Origin: Burkholderiales bacterium Ga0077547
GTDB taxonomy: Bacteria > Pseudomonadota > Gammaproteobacteria > Burkholderiales > Burkholderiaceae_C
Assembly (NCBI GenBank): GCA_001464195.1
Contig: LNEY01000028.1
Coordinates: 5,865 to 69,864, forward strand
Direction of reading: 5' to 3'
DNA: 64,000 nt
How positions within the stretch are numbered: the stretch's first letter is position 1; each line of letters starts with the position of its first letter. Below, piece after piece: positions 55,940 to 64,000 of this stretch. The notes under the pieces are model-generated. The model was not told where the DNA came from and did not search any database. It saw nothing but the letters and a program-made list of their open reading frames with translations. The position numbers and the translations under genes were made by a program.

Positions 55940-56126
55940 ACGGTGGACGGTCTGCGCACAACGTCGTGCTCGGGCGCCGTGATTTCACTCACCAGACCCC
56001 CGTGAATGAGGGGGTCTGGTGTTGCGTTGAAAGCAACACCTGGGTGCTTTCACACTGTGGTGTTGAGCCCAGCCGCTGCCGCGGCACCCGGTCAGGCGGC
56101 GCTGACACCCACCGGCGCGCCCTCGT

Positions 56127-56969
56127 TCAGACGCTGAACTCGATGTTGTCGATCAAGCGCGTGGCGCCGAGTCGGGCAGCGCCGAGAGCCACCCAAGCAC
56201 CTTCGCGTTCGTCGCCGTCGCGCGGTGAGCTCAGGTCACGCTGGCGTCGCACCGTCAGGTAGTCGGGCTGCCAGCCGCGGGTTGCAAGCCCATCCAGCGC
56301 CTGCCTTTCCAGCAGATCCAACGGTCCCACGCCATCGCCGAAACGCTCGGCCAGCGTGCGCAGTGCCTGCGCCAACTCGGTAGCATGAGCGCGTTCGTCA
56401 GAGCTCAAGTAACCGTTGCGAGACGACAGCGCCAGGCCGTCGTCGGCGCGGGATGTTTCAGCGGCTTCGATGACGATGGGCAGGGCGAACTGCTGCGTCA
56501 TCCTGCGGATCACCAGCAGCTGCTGGTAGTCCTTCTTGCCGAACAAGGCGATGCGTGGCTGCACGGCGTTGAACAGCTTCATGACGACGGTGCTGACACC
56601 GGTGAAGAAGCCTGGCCGGAAGTGGCCCTCGAGTACGTCTGCGAGCGCCGGGTCTGGCAGCACCTTGTAGCTTTGTGGCTGCGGGTACAGCTCGTGTTCA
56701 TCGGGCGCAAAAACGATGTCGCAGCCGGCGGGCTGCAACAGGGCGCAGTCGCGCTCCAGCGTGCGCGGGTAGCGGTCGAAATCCTCGTGCGGGGCGAACT
56801 GCAACCGGTTGACGAAGATGCTGACCACCACCGGCAGACCGTGCGACGCCGCCTGTCGCACCAGCGCCAGGTGACCATCGTGCAGATTGCCCATCGTCGG
56901 GACGAAGGCGCAGGCACCGGGCACGGGCAGGGCAGCGCGCAGCGCGGCGATGGTGTGGACAACGAGCAT
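56127..56969 (-). CDS. panC: Pantoate--beta-alanine ligase
   Basis: [19 protein letters not shown]-like motif. Start trimmed to ATG 56967-56969. Confidence 0.95.
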   Translation of the reverse strand: MLVVHTIAALRAALPVPGACAFVPTMGNLHDGHLALVRQAASHGLPVVVSIFVNRLQFAPHEDFDRYPRTLERDCALLQPAGCDIVFAPDEHELYPQPQSYKVLPDPALADVLEGHFRPGFFTGVSTVVMKLFNAVQPRIALFGKKDYQQLLVIRRMTQQFALPIVIEAAETSRADDGLALSSRNGYLSSDERAHATELAQALRTLAERFGDGVGPLDLLERQALDGLATRGWQPDYLTVRRQRDLSSPRDGDEREGAWVALGAARLGATRLIDNIEFSV

Positions 56970-56983
56970 GGTGTGGCGTCGGC

Positions 56984-57823
56984 TCAGAGGTACCCGTGCA
57001 GCGCTGGGTCCGGGAAGCGACGCGCCTTCACGTCTGCCACATAGGTCGCGATTGCGGCCTCGATCGATCTCGCACCTTGCATGAAGTCGCGAACGAAGCG
57101 TGGCTGCTTGCCGTGGCCGAGGCCCAGCATGTCGTGCAGCACCAGTACCTGGCCTGCGCATTCGACGCCAGCGCCGATGCCGATGGTCGGGATGGGCAGG
57201 CTGGCGGTGATGGTGGCAGCGACGGTCGACGGCATCAGTTCCAGCACCAGCATCGCCGCGCCGGCGTCGGCGAGTTGCTGTGCGTGCAGTCGCAGCGTGG
57301 CGGCCGATTCGTCATCGCGGCCCTGGATGCGGTAGCCGCCCAGCGCATGCACCGATTGCGGCGTCAGCCCCAGGTGCGCGCAGACCGGAATGCCACGCTG
57401 CGTCAGGAAGTGCACTGTCTCAGCGGTCCAGCCGCCGCCTTCGAGCTTGACCATGTGGGCCCCGGCCTGCATCAGCACGGTGGCACTTTCCATCGCCTGC
57501 GCGGGCGACTGCTGGTAGCTGCCAAAGGGCAGGTCGCCAATGACCCAGGCGCTGCGGTTGCCCTGTGCGACGCAGCGCACGTGGTAGGCCATGTCGGCCA
57601 GCGTCACCGGCAGCGTGCTGCCCAGGCCCTGCAGCACCATCCCGAGCGAATCGCCGATCAGCAGGCAATCGACGCCCGCGCGGTCGAGCACGCGGGCGAA
57701 GGCGGTGTCGTAGCAGGTCAGCACGCTGATCGGCTCGCCGCTCGCATGCATCTCGCGCAGACGATGCAGCGTGATCGGCTTGCGTCCAGCGGGTGCCGCG
57801 TCGGGGGAGGGGTGGACGCTCAT
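56984..57823 (-). CDS. panB: 3-methyl-2-oxobutanoate hydroxymethyltransferase
   Basis: [16 protein letters not shown] and VKLEGG motifs. Confidence 0.95.
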   Translation of the reverse strand: MSVHPSPDAAPAGRKPITLHRLREMHASGEPISVLTCYDTAFARVLDRAGVDCLLIGDSLGMVLQGLGSTLPVTLADMAYHVRCVAQGNRSAWVIGDLPFGSYQQSPAQAMESATVLMQAGAHMVKLEGGGWTAETVHFLTQRGIPVCAHLGLTPQSVHALGGYRIQGRDDESAATLRLHAQQLADAGAAMLVLELMPSTVAATITASLPIPTIGIGAGVECAGQVLVLHDMLGLGHGKQPRFVRDFMQGARSIEAAIATYVADVKARRFPDPALHGYL

Positions 57824-57833
57824 GGTGTCGCGG

Positions 57834-58844
57834 TCAAGCCGCTCTCATGCCCAGCGATTCCAGCAGCGCCTGATCGGCCGTCACATCGGGGTTGCCGGTC
57901 ACCAGCAGCTTGTCGCCGTAAAAGATGGAGTTGGCGCCCGCAACGAAGCACAGCGCCTGCACGGCATCGCCCAACGCCTGGCGGCCGGCCGACAGCCGCA
58001 CGCGGGTGCGCGGCATGGTGATGCGCGCGGCGGCGATCGTGCGCACGAACTCGAACGGGTCGAGCGGCGCCTGTTCGGCCAGCGGCGTGCCGGCAACCGG
58101 CACCAGGTGGTTGATCGGCACCGACTCGGGGTAGGGCTCCATGTTGGCCAGTTCGGCAATGAGCGCGGCACGTTGGGTGCGCGACTCGCCCATGCCGACG
58201 ATGCCACCACAGCACACCTTCACGCCCGCGCCGCGCACGCGCTGCAGCGTGTCGATCCGGTCCTCGAACTGGCGGGTCTGCACGATGTCGGCGTACTTGT
58301 CCGGTGCGGTGTCGATGTTGTGGTTGTAGTAATCCAGACCCGCGTCACGCAGCGCTTCTGCATGGCCATCGCCCAGCATGCCCAGCGTCGCGCAGGTTTC
58401 CAGCCCCAGGCCCTTCACCGCGCTGATCAACTGCGACACCTTCTCGATGTCGCGGTCCTTCGGGCCACGCCAGGCGGCGCCCATGCAGAAGCGGGTGGCT
58501 CCTGCTGCCTGCGCTGCGCGTGCGGCGGCGAGCACCTCGTCAACCTTCATCAGCGACGTCGCCTCAACGCCGGTGTCGTAGGCCGCCGACTGCGGGCAGT
58601 ACGAGCAGTTCTCGGCACAGCCGCCGGTCTTGATCGACAGCAGCGTGGAGAGCTGCACCTCAGCCGGGTCGAAATTCGCACGGTGCACCGTCTGCGCTTG
58701 GTACAGCAACTCGGTGAACGGCAAGGCGAACAGCGCTTCGATCTGCTCGACCTGCCAGCGCGGCGCATCAGGCCGTGGCGCACTGGCCGCGGTGGCAGGG
58801 CGAACAAGGTGAACGGGTGCTGCTTGGATGGAGGCTGTGGACAT
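57834..58844 (-). CDS. bioB: Biotin synthase
   Basis: Radical [21 protein letters not shown] and YNHNIDT. Start trimmed to ATG 58842-58844. Confidence 0.95.
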   Translation of the reverse strand: MSTASIQAAPVHLVRPATAASAPRPDAPRWQVEQIEALFALPFTELLYQAQTVHRANFDPAEVQLSTLLSIKTGGCAENCSYCPQSAAYDTGVEATSLMKVDEVLAAARAAQAAGATRFCMGAAWRGPKDRDIEKVSQLISAVKGLGLETCATLGMLGDGHAEALRDAGLDYYNHNIDTAPDKYADIVQTRQFEDRIDTLQRVRGAGVKVCCGGIVGMGESRTQRAALIAELANMEPYPESVPINHLVPVAGTPLAEQAPLDPFEFVRTIAAARITMPRTRVRLSAGRQALGDAVQALCFVAGANSIFYGDKLLVTGNPDVTADQALLESLGMRAA

Positions 58845-58911
58845 GGTCAGGGTCTCGCTGAGATGCGGGCGCAATGATGCGTCGGATCGGAAGGAAAGGT
58901 GTTGCTGGGCG

Positions 58912-59784
58912 TCAAACCGCCTGGTAGGCCAGCCGCACGTAGATCGGGGCGTAGGCCTCTGCCTGGGTGATCTCGAGCAGGCTTTCGCGCGCCAGCTCAA
59001 GCATCGCAATGAAGGTGACCACCAGCACCGGCTGGCCGCGTGTGACATCGAACAGCTCGTGGAACTCCACGAACTTTTTACCTTGCAGCGCGCGCAGCAC
59101 GATGCTCATGTGTTCACGCACACTGAGTTGTTCGCGGTTGATGGTGTGATGCTGGTTCAAGCTCGCCCGCTTCATCACGTCGGCCCAGGCCGCCCTCAAT
59201 TCGTCGGGGGCGACGTCGGGAAAGCGCGGTGCGAGTGATTGCTCGATGTGCACCTGCGCGCGCAGAAAATCGCGGCCGAGCACCGGCATCGCGTCCAGGC
59301 GCGCGGCGGCCAGCTTCATCTGTTCGTACTCCACCAGCCGGCGCACCAGCTCGGCGCGCGGGTCCTCCGGCTCGGTGCCGTCGGCGCTTTTCTTCGGCGG
59401 CAGCAGCATGCGCGACTTGATCTCGATCAGCATCGCCGCCATCAGCAGGTACTCGCTGGCGAGCTCGAGGTTGGTCTTGCGTATCTGCTCAACGTAGGCC
59501 AGGTACTGGCGCGTCACATCGGCCAGCGGGATGTCGAGGATGTTGAAGTTCTGCCGGCGTATCAGATACAGCAGCAGGTCGAGCGGGCCTTCGAAGGCCT
59601 CAAGAAACAGCCGCAGCGCGTCCGGCGGGATGTACAGATCGTGGGGCAGCTTGAACAGCGGCTCGCCATACAGCCGCGCCACGGCCACACCGTCGAGCGC
59701 CAGGGGTGGTGCATCCGCCGCCCCATCAGCGATCAGGGCGTGCAGCTCGGGCGGCTCCAGCAGCGCAGGGCCTGGCAGGTTCAT
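58912..59784 (-). CDS. scpA: Segregation and condensation protein A
   Basis: [32 protein letters not shown] motif. Confidence 0.9.
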   Translation of the reverse strand: MNLPGPALLEPPELHALIADGAADAPPLALDGVAVARLYGEPLFKLPHDLYIPPDALRLFLEAFEGPLDLLLYLIRRQNFNILDIPLADVTRQYLAYVEQIRKTNLELASEYLLMAAMLIEIKSRMLLPPKKSADGTEPEDPRAELVRRLVEYEQMKLAAARLDAMPVLGRDFLRAQVHIEQSLAPRFPDVAPDELRAAWADVMKRASLNQHHTINREQLSVREHMSIVLRALQGKKFVEFHELFDVTRGQPVLVVTFIAMLELARESLLEITQAEAYAPIYVRLAYQAV

Positions 59785-59812
59785 GGGCGCGACGCAGCCG
59801 GGTTACCGAATT

Positions 59813-60016
59813 TCACTTCGGCCCGGTCTGGTAGACATAGGGCTGCTGCGGCACGCGCGATGCGGCGTCGTCGGCCTGCGCGTCGCGGTCCACCCGCTTG
59901 TCCCATAGCAGCGCACGCCCGGCACGCTGCTCGCTTTCCAGGGTGGGCTTCTTGGCCTTCAGCGATTCGATGAAGGCGGTCACGTCTGATTTGTAGGGCT
60001 TCCAGAACAGTGGCAT
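59813..60016 (-). CDS. DUF3460 family protein
   Basis: 67 aa starting MPLFWKPYKSDVTAFIESLKAKKP. Typical small protein upstream of scpA in Burkholderiales. Confidence 0.75.
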   Translation of the reverse strand: MPLFWKPYKSDVTAFIESLKAKKPTLESEQRAGRALLWDKRVDRDAQADDAASRVPQQPYVYQTGPK

Positions 60017-60162
60017 GGCGTGGCACGGTGCAAAGCAAACGGGGAAACCCGGAGTTTACCGGGGCACACGCCAAGGCCAGGACGGCGCTCGTAGCCACAA
60101 CCCGGCGTTTCCCTGAACCACGATTCATCAAATCTGCGGGGGGTGGGTGTCACCATCGCGTC

Positions 60163-61767
60163 ATGAAAGAAGTCGAGCTGAAGTTCCAGGTGCCGCCCCA
60201 GGTCCGCAAGGCGGTCGAAAGCGCTGTGGCCGGGCCGCAAGCGGCGCGGCGCATCCACTTGCAGGCGGCCTATTTCGATACCCCGGCTGGTCACCTGGCC
60301 GCCGCCGGCCTGGCGCTGCGGCTGCGCAAGGAGGGCCGCGCCTGGGTGCAGACGCTCAAAGGCACATTGCCCGATGGCACCAGCATGACGCGCGCCGAGC
60401 ACAACGTGCCGCGCGCCGAGATCGGTGTCAGCGTGCCGGCGATCGATCCCCAGCTGCACGCCGACACGCCCGTCGGTGCGGCGCTGATCCGCGTGTTGCA
60501 GGCCGCGAATGCCGAACTGCAGCAGATGATCCGCACCGACATCTGGCGGCGCACCCGCATGGTACGGGTGGCCGGCGGCGTGCTGGAGCTGGCCTTCGAT
60601 GTCGGGGTGATCGAGGCGGTCGCTGCCGTCCCGCCGCGACAACTGCCGGTCTGCGAGCTCGAGATCGAGCTCAAGCGCGGCAGTCCGCAACTGGTGGTGA
60701 CCGCCGCGCAGCGCTGGGTCGCGCGCCATGGCTTGTGGCTGGACACCCGCAGCAAGGCCGAACTCGGCCATCTGCTGTCGCGCGACGATGCGATGGCCGA
60801 GGCGCGTCGCGCCAACGAGGTGACGCTGTCGAGGTCCATGACCCCGGCTGCGGCGCTGGACGCGGTGCTGCGCTCGTGTCTGGTGCAGATCAGTGTCAAC
60901 GCCAGCCAGATCGCCAGTGGCCGCCACGCTCCGGAGCACACCCACCAGCTGCGTGTCGGCCTGCGGCGGCTGCGCACGGCGTTGCGGTTCTTCGACGGCG
61001 CGCAACTGGCCGACGCGATCGATGCGGCCACGCGCGAGCAGCTGGCCGTTGACGCCGCTGGTCTGTTTCGCGAGCTGGGCCAGGCGCGCGACCGTGCAGC
61101 GGTGGCCGAGCCGCTGGCGATCGAACTGGCACGCGCCCTCGCGGCGGTAGGTCAGTCAGGCGAGCCGCCGCGCTTGCCGGCCTCGGGCGACGAAGTCGAT
61201 CCGACCGTGCTGGTGCGGCAGTCGACAGCGCAGCGCCTGATGCTGAGGCTGATCTCTCGTGTGCAGGGAGACGACGCCAGGGTGGCGCCCTCGACCCCGA
61301 CGGGGGCCATCGATCAGGCCGCGGCGGGCACCATCGGCCCCGAGCCGTCACTGCCACTGCGCCAGCGACTCGCCCAACGTCTCAACCGCTGGCACCGTCA
61401 GGTGGTGGTCGATGCCAAGGCCTTCGACACGCTCGACGACGAAGGCCGCCATCGGCTGCGCAAACGCATCAAGCGGCTGCGGTATGCGTCGGAATTCTCG
61501 GCGAGCCTGTTCAATGAGCGTGCGGTGCGCGGCTACCTGAAAGCGCTGCGAGCCTTGCAGGAGCGGCTGGGTACCGTCAACGACGTGGCGGTCGGCATCG
61601 CGCTGTACTCGGCGGCGGCTCCGGCCGATGCACGTGCACTGTTTGCACTCGGGTGGCTGGCAGCGCAACGGGAACGCGCACTGGCCGCGTGCAAATCGGA
61701 CCTGAAGCGTTTCGTCGGCGCGAAGCGCTTCTGGCGTGAGCGCCCGAAAAAATCAGCGGACAAATAG
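60163..61767 (+). CDS. CYTH (triphosphate tunnel metalloenzyme) and CHAD domain protein
   Basis: N-terminal MKEVELKFQV ExExK CYTH signature. C-terminal helical CHAD region with HQLRVGLRRLRTALRFF and RKRIKRLRYASEF. Confidence 0.85.
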   Translation: MKEVELKFQVPPQVRKAVESAVAGPQAARRIHLQAAYFDTPAGHLAAAGLALRLRKEGRAWVQTLKGTLPDGTSMTRAEHNVPRAEIGVSVPAIDPQLHADTPVGAALIRVLQAANAELQQMIRTDIWRRTRMVRVAGGVLELAFDVGVIEAVAAVPPRQLPVCELEIELKRGSPQLVVTAAQRWVARHGLWLDTRSKAELGHLLSRDDAMAEARRANEVTLSRSMTPAAALDAVLRSCLVQISVNASQIASGRHAPEHTHQLRVGLRRLRTALRFFDGAQLADAIDAATREQLAVDAAGLFRELGQARDRAAVAEPLAIELARALAAVGQSGEPPRLPASGDEVDPTVLVRQSTAQRLMLRLISRVQGDDARVAPSTPTGAIDQAAAGTIGPEPSLPLRQRLAQRLNRWHRQVVVDAKAFDTLDDEGRHRLRKRIKRLRYASEFSASLFNERAVRGYLKALRALQERLGTVNDVAVGIALYSAAAPADARALFALGWLAAQRERALAACKSDLKRFVGAKRFWRERPKKSADK

Positions 61768-61791
61768 CGGTCTGCGATCGGGCCGTGCGAC

Positions 61792-63888
61792 TCACCTGAC
61801 GCGCAGGCCCGGCGTGGCACCCGGCCCCGGTTCCAGCACGTACAGCCCGGGGTGGGCCTTGCCATCGGCGTGGCTGGCGGCCAGCACCATGCCTTCGCTG
61901 ACACCGAACTTCATCTTGCGTGGTGCCAGGTTGGCCACCAGCACCGTGAGCTTGCCGATCAGGTCGGCGGGTTGGTACGCGCCCTTGATGCCGCTGAACA
62001 CATTGCGGGTGCGCGGCTGACCGACGGTGTCGAACTCGCCCACATCGAGTGTCAATCGCAGCAGCTTGTCGGAGCCTTCGACGTGCTCGCAGTGGACGAT
62101 CTTCGCGATGCGCAGATCGATCTTTGCGAAGTCGTCGATGCCGATGCTGGCCGAAATGTCCTCGCCGCCCGGTTTGGGCTGCTCGATCACCGCGGGGGCA
62201 GGGGGTTCGAACAAGGCGTCGAGCATCTTCGGATCGACACGCTGCATCAGGTGCTGGTAGTTGCCGATGGTGTGGGCGCCCAGCGCGCGGTGCGCATCGG
62301 CAGACACCATCGGCGCGACGTTCAGGAAAACCTCGACCTGCGCGCTCAGCGCGGGCAGCACCGGCTTCAGGTAGATCGTCAGCAGCCGGAAGGCTTCGAT
62401 GCAGACGGTGCACACGTCGTGCAGCACCGCGTCCTGGCCCTCCTTCTTGGCCAGCTCCCAGGGCTTGTTCTGGTCGACGTACTCGTTGACGCGGTCGGCC
62501 AGCAGCATGATCTCGCGCAGCGCCTTGCCGTACTCGCGCTCACCGTACAGCCGCTCGATGTCGGCGTGGCCGCTGCGCAAATGGTCGAGCAGCACGCGGC
62601 CTTCGACGCCCACGTCCGACGACAGCTTGCCCGCGAAGCGCTTGGTCAGAAAGCCCGCCGCGCGGCTGGCGATGTTGATGTACTTGCCGACCAGATCGCT
62701 GTTGACCCGCGCGACGAAATCATCAGGATTGAAGTCCACGTCTTCGACCTTGCTGCTCAGCTTGGTCGCGATGTAGTACCGCAGCCACTCGGCGTTCATG
62801 CCGAGTTCAAGGTACTTCAGCGGCGAGATGCCGGTGCCGCGGCTCTTGCTCATTTTTTCGCCGCTCACGGTGATGAACCCGTGGGCATACACACGGTCGG
62901 GCACCTTGCGGCTCGAGAACTTCAGCATCGCGGGCCAGAACAGCGTGTGGAAATAGGTGATGTCCTTGCCGATGAAGTGGATCTGCTCGACCGCGGGGTC
63001 GGCGATGAACTCGTCGAAGCTGCGCAGCTCGCCGCGCGCTCGGGCCTTGCCTTGGTCGAAGTAATGCTTCAACGATGCGAGATAGCCCACCGGCGCATCG
63101 AGCCACACGTAGAAATACTTGCCCGGCGCGTCGGGGATCTCGATGCCGAAGTAAGGCGCGTCGCGGCTGATGTCCCAGTCGCTCAGGCCGCCCTGGCCGT
63201 GCTCGTCCTTGGTGAACCACTCGCGGATCTTGTTGGCGACTTCGCTTTGCAGGCGCTCGCCGCCGGTCCAGGCTTCCAGAAACTCGACACAACGCGGATC
63301 GCTCAGCTTGAAGAAGAAATGCTCGCTGCTCTTCATCACGGGCGTGGCGCCGCTCAGCGTCGAATACGGGTTCTTCAAGTCGGTGGGCGCGTAGACCGCG
63401 CTGCACACCTCGCAGCTGTCGCCGTACTGGTCCTTCGCGCCGCACTTCGGGCACTCGCCCTTGATGTAGCGGTCGGGCAGGAACATGCCCTTCACCGGGT
63501 CGTAGAACTGCTCGATCGTCTTCGTGGCGATCAGCGAGCCATCGCTGCGATCCCGCAGCTTGCGGTAGATGTCTTGCGCCAGCGCGGTGTTTTCGGGGGA
63601 ATCGGTGGAGTGCCAGTGGTCGAAGGCGATGTGGAAGCCGTCGAGGTACTGCTGGCGACCGGCGGCGATCTCGGCCACGAATTGCTGTGGCGTCTTGCCG
63701 GCCTTTTCGGCGGCGATCATGATCGGCGCCCCGTGGGCATCGTCGGCCCCGACGAAATGCACCTCCTGGCCCTGCATCCGCTGGAAGCGCACCCAGATGT
63801 CGGCCTGGATGTACTCCATCATGTGCCCGATGTGAAACGGCGCGTTGGCGTAGGGCAGGGCGGTGGTGACGAACAGCTTGCGGGTCAT
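61792..63888 (-). CDS. metG: Methionine--tRNA ligase
   Basis: 698 aa. [16 protein letters not shown], a zinc knuckle CPKC...C..C, and a C-terminal tRNA-binding (EMAP-like) domain. Confidence 0.98.
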   Translation of the reverse strand: MTRKLFVTTALPYANAPFHIGHMMEYIQADIWVRFQRMQGQEVHFVGADDAHGAPIMIAAEKAGKTPQQFVAEIAAGRQQYLDGFHIAFDHWHSTDSPENTALAQDIYRKLRDRSDGSLIATKTIEQFYDPVKGMFLPDRYIKGECPKCGAKDQYGDSCEVCSAVYAPTDLKNPYSTLSGATPVMKSSEHFFFKLSDPRCVEFLEAWTGGERLQSEVANKIREWFTKDEHGQGGLSDWDISRDAPYFGIEIPDAPGKYFYVWLDAPVGYLASLKHYFDQGKARARGELRSFDEFIADPAVEQIHFIGKDITYFHTLFWPAMLKFSSRKVPDRVYAHGFITVSGEKMSKSRGTGISPLKYLELGMNAEWLRYYIATKLSSKVEDVDFNPDDFVARVNSDLVGKYINIASRAAGFLTKRFAGKLSSDVGVEGRVLLDHLRSGHADIERLYGEREYGKALREIMLLADRVNEYVDQNKPWELAKKEGQDAVLHDVCTVCIEAFRLLTIYLKPVLPALSAQVEVFLNVAPMVSADAHRALGAHTIGNYQHLMQRVDPKMLDALFEPPAPAVIEQPKPGGEDISASIGIDDFAKIDLRIAKIVHCEHVEGSDKLLRLTLDVGEFDTVGQPRTRNVFSGIKGAYQPADLIGKLTVLVANLAPRKMKFGVSEGMVLAASHADGKAHPGLYVLEPGPGATPGLRVR

Positions 63889-64000
63889 GGGAGCACAGGT
63901 GAATCAGCCCCGCCGTCGTGGCGCACAACAGCGTCGGGCAGCCGCCAATTCTAGGCCGCGAGCCCGTACCTGACACCAGCTGGCTCCAGGGTCAAGCCCC

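Overview
The window is very GC-rich and densely coding. The gene order (FmdB zinc ribbon-DUF502-aspS, minCDE, nudB-EEP-clsB, lspA-ileS, panBC, DUF3460-scpA) looks like core chromosome of a betaproteobacterium of the order Burkholderiales; that taxon is my inference. I call about 61 protein genes and found no rRNA, tRNA, CRISPR array, integrase or transposase.

Content from left to right:
- the edge of an exopolysaccharide locus (fcl, gmd, galE, a beta-barrel OMP and the priming glycosyl-phosphotransferase)
- ubiJ-ubiB, aspS, minCDE and nudB-EEP-clsB
- a ligase-associated DNA damage response set that is split in two. The exonuclease and ATP-dependent ligase are fused by overlap to gor. About 6.6 kb further on, a DUF429-like predicted nuclease sits next to the Lhr-like DEXH helicase, with no PdeM visible.
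- uppP, lolCD, tatD, a deoxyinosine glycosylase, and an orphan GspE-like ATPase
- a six-gene arsenic operon: gapdh-arsJ-arsR-arsC-acr3-arsH
- qor, a 616-aa orphan lipoprotein, lspA-ileS, and a MacB-like ABC/FtsX/DUF3299 set
- a GGDEF protein, panCB, bioB, scpA, a CYTH-CHAD protein and metG

I do not see a convincing novel multi-gene system. The signal least explained by gene annotation is a head-to-head pair of ~134-nt repeat units in the 486-bp uppP-lolC spacer. Their internal hairpin is preserved by three compensatory base-pair changes. The next candidates are the non-canonical DUF429-helicase pairing, the orphan lipoprotein downstream of lspA, and a histone-H1-like/RHH protein next to the ars operon.

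All product calls come from reading motifs in the supplied translations, with no database search. Start codons were chosen by hand and several are non-ATG, so they are uncertain.
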